Assembly (NCBI GenBank): GCA_963674865.2
Contig: CAXXYE010000011.1
Span: 313,863 to 377,862, forward strand
Source of the DNA: Candidatus Hydrogenedentota bacterium
GTDB taxonomy: Bacteria; Hydrogenedentota; Hydrogenedentia; Hydrogenedentales; SLHB01
Length of the DNA: 64,000 nt
Reading direction: 5' to 3'
The notes beneath the pieces are model-generated. The model worked only from the letters and a program-made list of their open reading frames with translations. It was not told where the DNA came from and made no database searches. The translations under genes and the position numbers were made by a program. Below are positions 59,643-64,000 of this stretch, in pieces. Each line of letters opens with the position of its first letter. The stretch's first letter is position 1.

Positions 59643-60740
59643 CTACGCGAGTCCGCAGAGGATCTCCACGCCCTGGGCGATCGTCTCTTCCGTTGCGGCG
59701 AAACTGATCCGGAAATGTGACTTGCGCTCGCTGAAAACGCTGCCCGGGATAATAAGCACATTGCTCTCGATGGCCTTCTTCACAAAGGCATCCCCATCGC
59801 CGCCGGGCGCTTCCGGGAAAATGTAGAACGCGCCGTTCGGCTTGACCACGTTGAACTTCTTGCTAAGACCCTCGAAAACGAGATCCCGTTTCCGCCGGTA
59901 CGAGGCGATCTGCTCCGAATAATCCGTGCGCAAGGCCACCACGGCCGCGCCCTGTGCGAACGAAGGCGCGCAGACGAACGTATACTGCTGAAGCGTGTTC
60001 ATCTGCTGGATGATCTCCTCCGGCCCCGCCGCGAGGCCCACGCGCCAACCCGTCATCGCAGCCATCTTCGAGAAGCCGTTCAGAAGCAACACGTTTTCGT
60101 ACATCCCGACGATGCTCGCCGGTTCGGCGTCATAGCTGAACTGCTCATAGATCTCATCGGCGATCACCAGCAATCCATGCCGCTTCGCCACATCCGCCAG
60201 CGCTTGGAGTTCCGGCTTCGCCAAGGCTACGCCCGTGGGATTCGCCGGCGAGTTGATGATGAGGATCTTCGTCTTCTCATTGACGGCCCGCTCCACGTGT
60301 TCCGGACGCAGCTTGAAGTCGGGATACGTGTCCACCGGCCGGCACACCCCGCCCAGCAAGTTGACGAGATGCTTGTACATTACGAAATACGGATCGCCGC
60401 AGATGACCTCATCCCCCGGCCCCACCGTCGCCATCAGCGCGAGGAACAACCCCCCACTGACGCCCGAGGTCACCATCACGTTCTCCAAAGGGACCCCGAA
60501 ACGCCGCTGGTAGTAGGCCGAGGCCTCCTCCCGCAGCGCCTCGATGCCCCATGTCTGCGTGTACTTATTGAATCCGGCCTGGATCTGACGGACCGCCTCC
60601 TCCTTCACCGGCTCCGGAACGTCGAAATCAGGTTGCCCGATGCTCAAGTTCACGGGATTCGTCATCTTCGCGGCAAGCGCAAAAACCTTCCGGATCCCAC
60701 TCGCGTCGATGCAGCCCATACGCTCGGCGATAAAACGCAT
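59643..60740 (-). CDS. PLP-dependent aminotransferase class I/II
   Basis: IGQPDF, NSPANPTG, DEIY, FSKMAAMTGWRVG. Confidence 0.93.
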   Translation of the reverse strand: MRFIAERMGCIDASGIRKVFALAAKMTNPVNLSIGQPDFDVPEPVKEEAVRQIQAGFNKYTQTWGIEALREEASAYYQRRFGVPLENVMVTSGVSGGLFLALMATVGPGDEVICGDPYFVMYKHLVNLLGGVCRPVDTYPDFKLRPEHVERAVNEKTKILIINSPANPTGVALAKPELQALADVAKRHGLLVIADEIYEQFSYDAEPASIVGMYENVLLLNGFSKMAAMTGWRVGLAAGPEEIIQQMNTLQQYTFVCAPSFAQGAAVVALRTDYSEQIASYRRKRDLVFEGLSKKFNVVKPNGAFYIFPEAPGGDGDAFVKKAIESNVLIIPGSVFSERKSHFRISFAATEETIAQGVEILCGLA

Positions 60741-60839
60741 ATGACCTCCTTGTGAGTTTATCTGTGGGTGCCGTGGGACTCATTAGGCGACGTCCCTCAG
60801 GCGAGACTCATCTTATACATCCCGGCCGCTATGCGCAAA

Positions 60840-61172
60840 GCCGCGGCTTGCGGAGCAACCGCGGCCCGCCGAACTGCCTGGCTTGCGGCGATAGCCGCAA
60901 ACAACAGGTAAGGCATCCCCCTCTTCACCCCGTCTTGGCCCCTCATCCCCGCAAGGGTTCCATGCCACCCCACCGCCTGCGACACGTTTGGAGTTCAAGC
61001 CTGCCGCGGCTTGCGGAGCAACCGCGGCGCGCCGAACTGCTTGGCTTGCGGCGACAGCCGCAAACAACAGGTAAGGCATGCCTGTCTTCACCCCGTCTTG
61101 GCTCCTTTGCCCGCAAGAATTCCACGCTACCCCATTGCCGGAGACGTGTTTGGAGCTCAAGCTTCAGCTTGA
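60840..61172 (+). repeat. Two tandem 163-bp composite palindromic units
   Basis: Units start at 60840 and 61003; each has GCCGCGGCTTGCGGAGCAACCGCGGC and TTGCGGCGA(T/C)AGCCGCAA hairpins and ends in TTTGGAG(T/C)TCAAGC. Confidence 0.9.
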
Positions 61173-61302
61173 GTCCATCCCCAGCATGTTTGACCTCTCA
61201 GGCAACGACATCTATCATGCCCTTGAACGTGCCTTCGGGACTCACAGGCACGTTCGGATCGGGACGATCGGTTCAGTAGCTGCCGTAAGGAACGGCCAGG
61301 TA

Positions 61303-62124
61303 ATGCGTGACGAGCACTATCTCAAGTCCCTCAGTACCGCCCACTACGCCCTTGGTTTAGCTACGGCATTGCTGGGGCCATGGCCCATCGCCTGGGGCGT
61401 CTTGCGATTCACGCTACTTCTGGCTCCCGCCAGATCGGCACATTGGAGTAGCCCCTCTCCCGGCTTCTACGGCTGGTTCGCCGTTATCCTCGCGGAACTG
61501 CTCATCGCGTTGGCCCTGCTCTTCGCCGGAAGTCTCATCCGCGCGGGCCGTTCCCTGAAGCAACGCACGGACTACGGATTTTGCCTTCTGCTGGCGCGCA
61601 TCGAACTCGTCCTCATTCCCTTCGGAACCGCCCTGGGGCTCTTCGCGCTCGATGTGCTTAGACGCCCCGCCGTGAAGGCCCTGTTTCCGCCCGAGCCGTG
61701 TGTCCGGCCGGAGCCGCAAGCTTCGCGTGACGCGCCGGCCACCGCCCCGGCCGGGGGGGCAGGATCCTACATGCCCGCTTACGAGCCCGACTTGAACTCC
61801 CCGACGTTTCAAGGCGCGCCTCTCCTACGCTCCGGCATCGGCCTCAATCCCTACGCCATCGGATACATCGTGATCACCCTCTACAGTTTCCTCTCCTTCG
61901 GATATCTCGGCGTCGAGGATGGCAGCTCAGGCCTTTCGCCCGTCGCCTGGCTGCTATATGGCTACTTCCTGCCGGGTGCATTTCTCCTAAAGGGACAGGC
62001 TATGTCCAACGCCCGCATACCCCTCCTCGTCATGTTCTCTTGGACCATCTACATGCTTCTCCTTTCTGCTGTTCTTCTCGTCCGGACGCGTCCCCGCCAA
62101 TGGCCCAGCCGCCCGGGAGCCTAG
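61303..62124 (+). CDS. Hypothetical membrane protein
   Basis: Start trimmed to MRDEHYL; two TM clusters joined by a Pro/Ala linker. Confidence 0.6.
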   Translation: MRDEHYLKSLSTAHYALGLATALLGPWPIAWGVLRFTLLLAPARSAHWSSPSPGFYGWFAVILAELLIALALLFAGSLIRAGRSLKQRTDYGFCLLLARIELVLIPFGTALGLFALDVLRRPAVKALFPPEPCVRPEPQASRDAPATAPAGGAGSYMPAYEPDLNSPTFQGAPLLRSGIGLNPYAIGYIVITLYSFLSFGYLGVEDGSSGLSPVAWLLYGYFLPGAFLLKGQAMSNARIPLLVMFSWTIYMLLLSAVLLVRTRPRQWPSRPGA

Positions 62125-62128
62125 CCCC

Positions 62129-63163
62129 ATGTCTCCGGAACTACTAGGCCTGTTGGCATGTCCCATCTGCCACGCTCAATCGCTTAAGACGGCGGCAGCC
62201 GACGCCGGCCACATCGAACACGGACAGGTCGTATGCGCCGATTGCGGCCGGGCCTATCCCGTGCGCGAAGGTATCCTGGACCTGCACCCGAGTCCTAGCG
62301 AAGCGGCCCAACAGGAAATGGACGCCCACCGCCAACTCGGCGCCCAGTGGTTTACCGAACAAGTCCCCGAGCGCTTACGCCATCTCTTTGAAGGCGAGCA
62401 GGGCGTCCAGACCGCCCTCGGCCTACCCCGCTCTAGTAACGCCGAACTGGCGCGCGAAGTCGAAGCATTCCGCCGCATGGCGGCCCTTGCCGACGATTAC
62501 TTTGAACTTCTGGACTGGCTGGACCTCCAGGGAACCGAAACCGTCGTGGAAGTGGGCGCCGACACCGGATGGAGTGCGCGCCATCTCGCGGAGAGGGCCG
62601 GGCGCGTCGTGGCCACCGATATCAGTCACCAGCTCGCGATGGCGGGGATCTACGTTGAGCGCGCGCGCTATTTCGACCGCGTTTTCTGTGATATGGCCGT
62701 CTTTCCCTTTCGGCCGGAGTCCCTCGACTTGGTTTTCGGCGTTGCCGTCCTGCACCATGCCGGCGACCTTTGCCACGTGCTCGGACGCTTCCACGCCGCC
62801 CTCAAGCCTGGAGGCCGGGCCATATTCTTCGCCGAGCCCGTCGCCGGCCGGTGGGACGCCGCGGCCAAGGAGGCGTTTGGCGCTGACGAGAAGGCCCTTG
62901 GCGTGCAGGAGCATATCTACACCGTGGTCGAGTACCTCCGCGCGTCCCGCGCCGCGGGCCTGCGCCCGAGCGTCATCCCCCTCAGCGGCCTGCTTCACGA
63001 CACGACCCGGCGCTGGCGTTTCATGCGCCGCCTTGCTCTTCTCTCGCTCAAGACGGGCCTTGGATACACCCGCCCATGTACCAACGGCCTCTATCCCTTC
63101 CTACTGCAATTCTATCCGCGCATCCCCTTCCCCCAGTTCGCGCTCGTCTTCGAAAAGGTATAA
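62129..63163 (+). CDS. Trm112-like Zn-ribbon fused SAM-dependent methyltransferase
   Basis: LACPIC...CADC..YPVREGI N-domain; VEVGADTGW, ATDIS, VLHH. Confidence 0.85.
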   Translation: MSPELLGLLACPICHAQSLKTAAADAGHIEHGQVVCADCGRAYPVREGILDLHPSPSEAAQQEMDAHRQLGAQWFTEQVPERLRHLFEGEQGVQTALGLPRSSNAELAREVEAFRRMAALADDYFELLDWLDLQGTETVVEVGADTGWSARHLAERAGRVVATDISHQLAMAGIYVERARYFDRVFCDMAVFPFRPESLDLVFGVAVLHHAGDLCHVLGRFHAALKPGGRAIFFAEPVAGRWDAAAKEAFGADEKALGVQEHIYTVVEYLRASRAAGLRPSVIPLSGLLHDTTRRWRFMRRLALLSLKTGLGYTRPCTNGLYPFLLQFYPRIPFPQFALVFEKV

Positions 63164-63282
63164 AATGAGACTGCGCCCTAGCCTGTAACCCGTCCGCTTT
63201 GTTCGCCAACTGCGCAACGGCGCGGCCAACCGGCCCGCGCCGATGTAGTGGGCCGCTTCCGAATCGCAAGTCCAGGAGAGAT

Positions 63283-63858
63283 ATGGACACACTGAAGTTT
63301 TTCCAGCAGTACGTCGCTTCGCCGCAGAAGGTGGGCGCCGTTCTCCCGAGTTCCATGGCCCTTGCCAGAGTCATGACGCGTCTCGGCAAGGTGAGTGAAG
63401 CCTCCGTGGTTGTCGAGTTCGGCCCGGGCACGGGCGCCCTAACGCGCGCCATCGTCCCGGAACTGCGTGATGACGCCGATTTCCTCGCCATCGAGATCAA
63501 TCCTGAATTTGCCGAAGCCCTGCGAGCCCGATACCCGAGGGCTCGCGTCGTCCAGGGATGTGCGACACAGGTGAAGGCCTACCTCCGCCGGATGGGCCAC
63601 GAAACCTGCGACTGCATCATCTCCGGCCTCCCCTGGACGCTCTTCGATGCCGATCTGCAACATGACCTCCTCGACGCGGCCCGCGAGGCCCTCCGGCCCG
63701 GCGGCGCATTCCTCACATTTGCCTATGTCCAAAGCCCCTTCCTTCCAGGAGGAAGACGCTTTCGGCAGAAGCTCCACGAACACTTCTCCGAGGTCTCAGT
63801 CAGCCCCACGGTATGGGGGAATGTGCCCCCGGCTTTCGTGTACCATGCCGTGAAATAG
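63283..63858 (+). CDS. Phospholipid N-methyltransferase (Sinorhizobium/Agrobacterium PmtA-type)
   Basis: VGAVLPSS, VVEFGPGTG, IISGLP, FAY, NVPPAFVY motifs; AGGAG RBS. Confidence 0.8.
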   Translation: MDTLKFFQQYVASPQKVGAVLPSSMALARVMTRLGKVSEASVVVEFGPGTGALTRAIVPELRDDADFLAIEINPEFAEALRARYPRARVVQGCATQVKAYLRRMGHETCDCIISGLPWTLFDADLQHDLLDAAREALRPGGAFLTFAYVQSPFLPGGRRFRQKLHEHFSEVSVSPTVWGNVPPAFVYHAVK

Positions 63859-64000
63859 ACCGTACTTCGGTGGAGTTCAGAACCGTTTGAGGGAGATAGA
63901 ATATGAAATCTGCATTGTTTGTCTGGGGAGGCTGGAACGGGCACGAGCCGAAACAGTGCGTGGAACGGGTGGCCCCTTGCTTGGCCGACGAGGGCTTCGA

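Noticed and set aside
60840..61172. CRISPR array or riboswitch
   Set aside because: Only two long units with homologous rather than unique spacers, no cas genes, and no recognisable aptamer consensus.
61078..61302. Repeat-encoded N-terminal extension of the membrane protein
   Set aside because: A plausible downstream ATG (61303) exists, so translation of the repeat is not required, unlike prmC.

Overview
GC-rich bacterial chromosome segment, mostly core genome. Gene content and repeat families suggest a diderm such as Ca. Hydrogenedentota or a PVC-like lineage (inference, not verified). It carries tRNA-Gly(CCC), a convincing XerCD dif-like site, yggS-pheS-pheT-zapB-like-zapA, a PilGHI/Xap-like ABC+TPR module, rpmE-prfA-prmC-radC-psd-pssA, a GalU-like gene coupled to a fused GHMP kinase/UDP-sugar pyrophosphorylase, leuA, several secreted beta-propeller or hydrolase genes, a MinD/FlhG-like ATPase-bactofilin-peptidase operon, rpmB, rlmN, panE, a SPOR protein, an AsmA-like protein, recA, a sulfatase, a polyprenyl synthase and a pmtA-like methyltransferase. 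No transposase, integrase, rRNA or CRISPR array is visible. The most unusual signals are repeat-related: (1) a ~120 bp palindromic element forming the translated N-terminus of both PrmC and an unrelated secreted protein; (2) a nested MITE inserted in frame at the 5' end of a lipoprotein gene; (3) an orphan gene bracketed by 172-bp composite direct repeats; (4) many co-oriented REP-like half-elements. A local GC-skew inversion beside the dif site, an anti-SD/uORF leader upstream of leuA and a Firmicutes-type SOS box at recA also merit checking. All calls are from reading the sequence; no searches were run.
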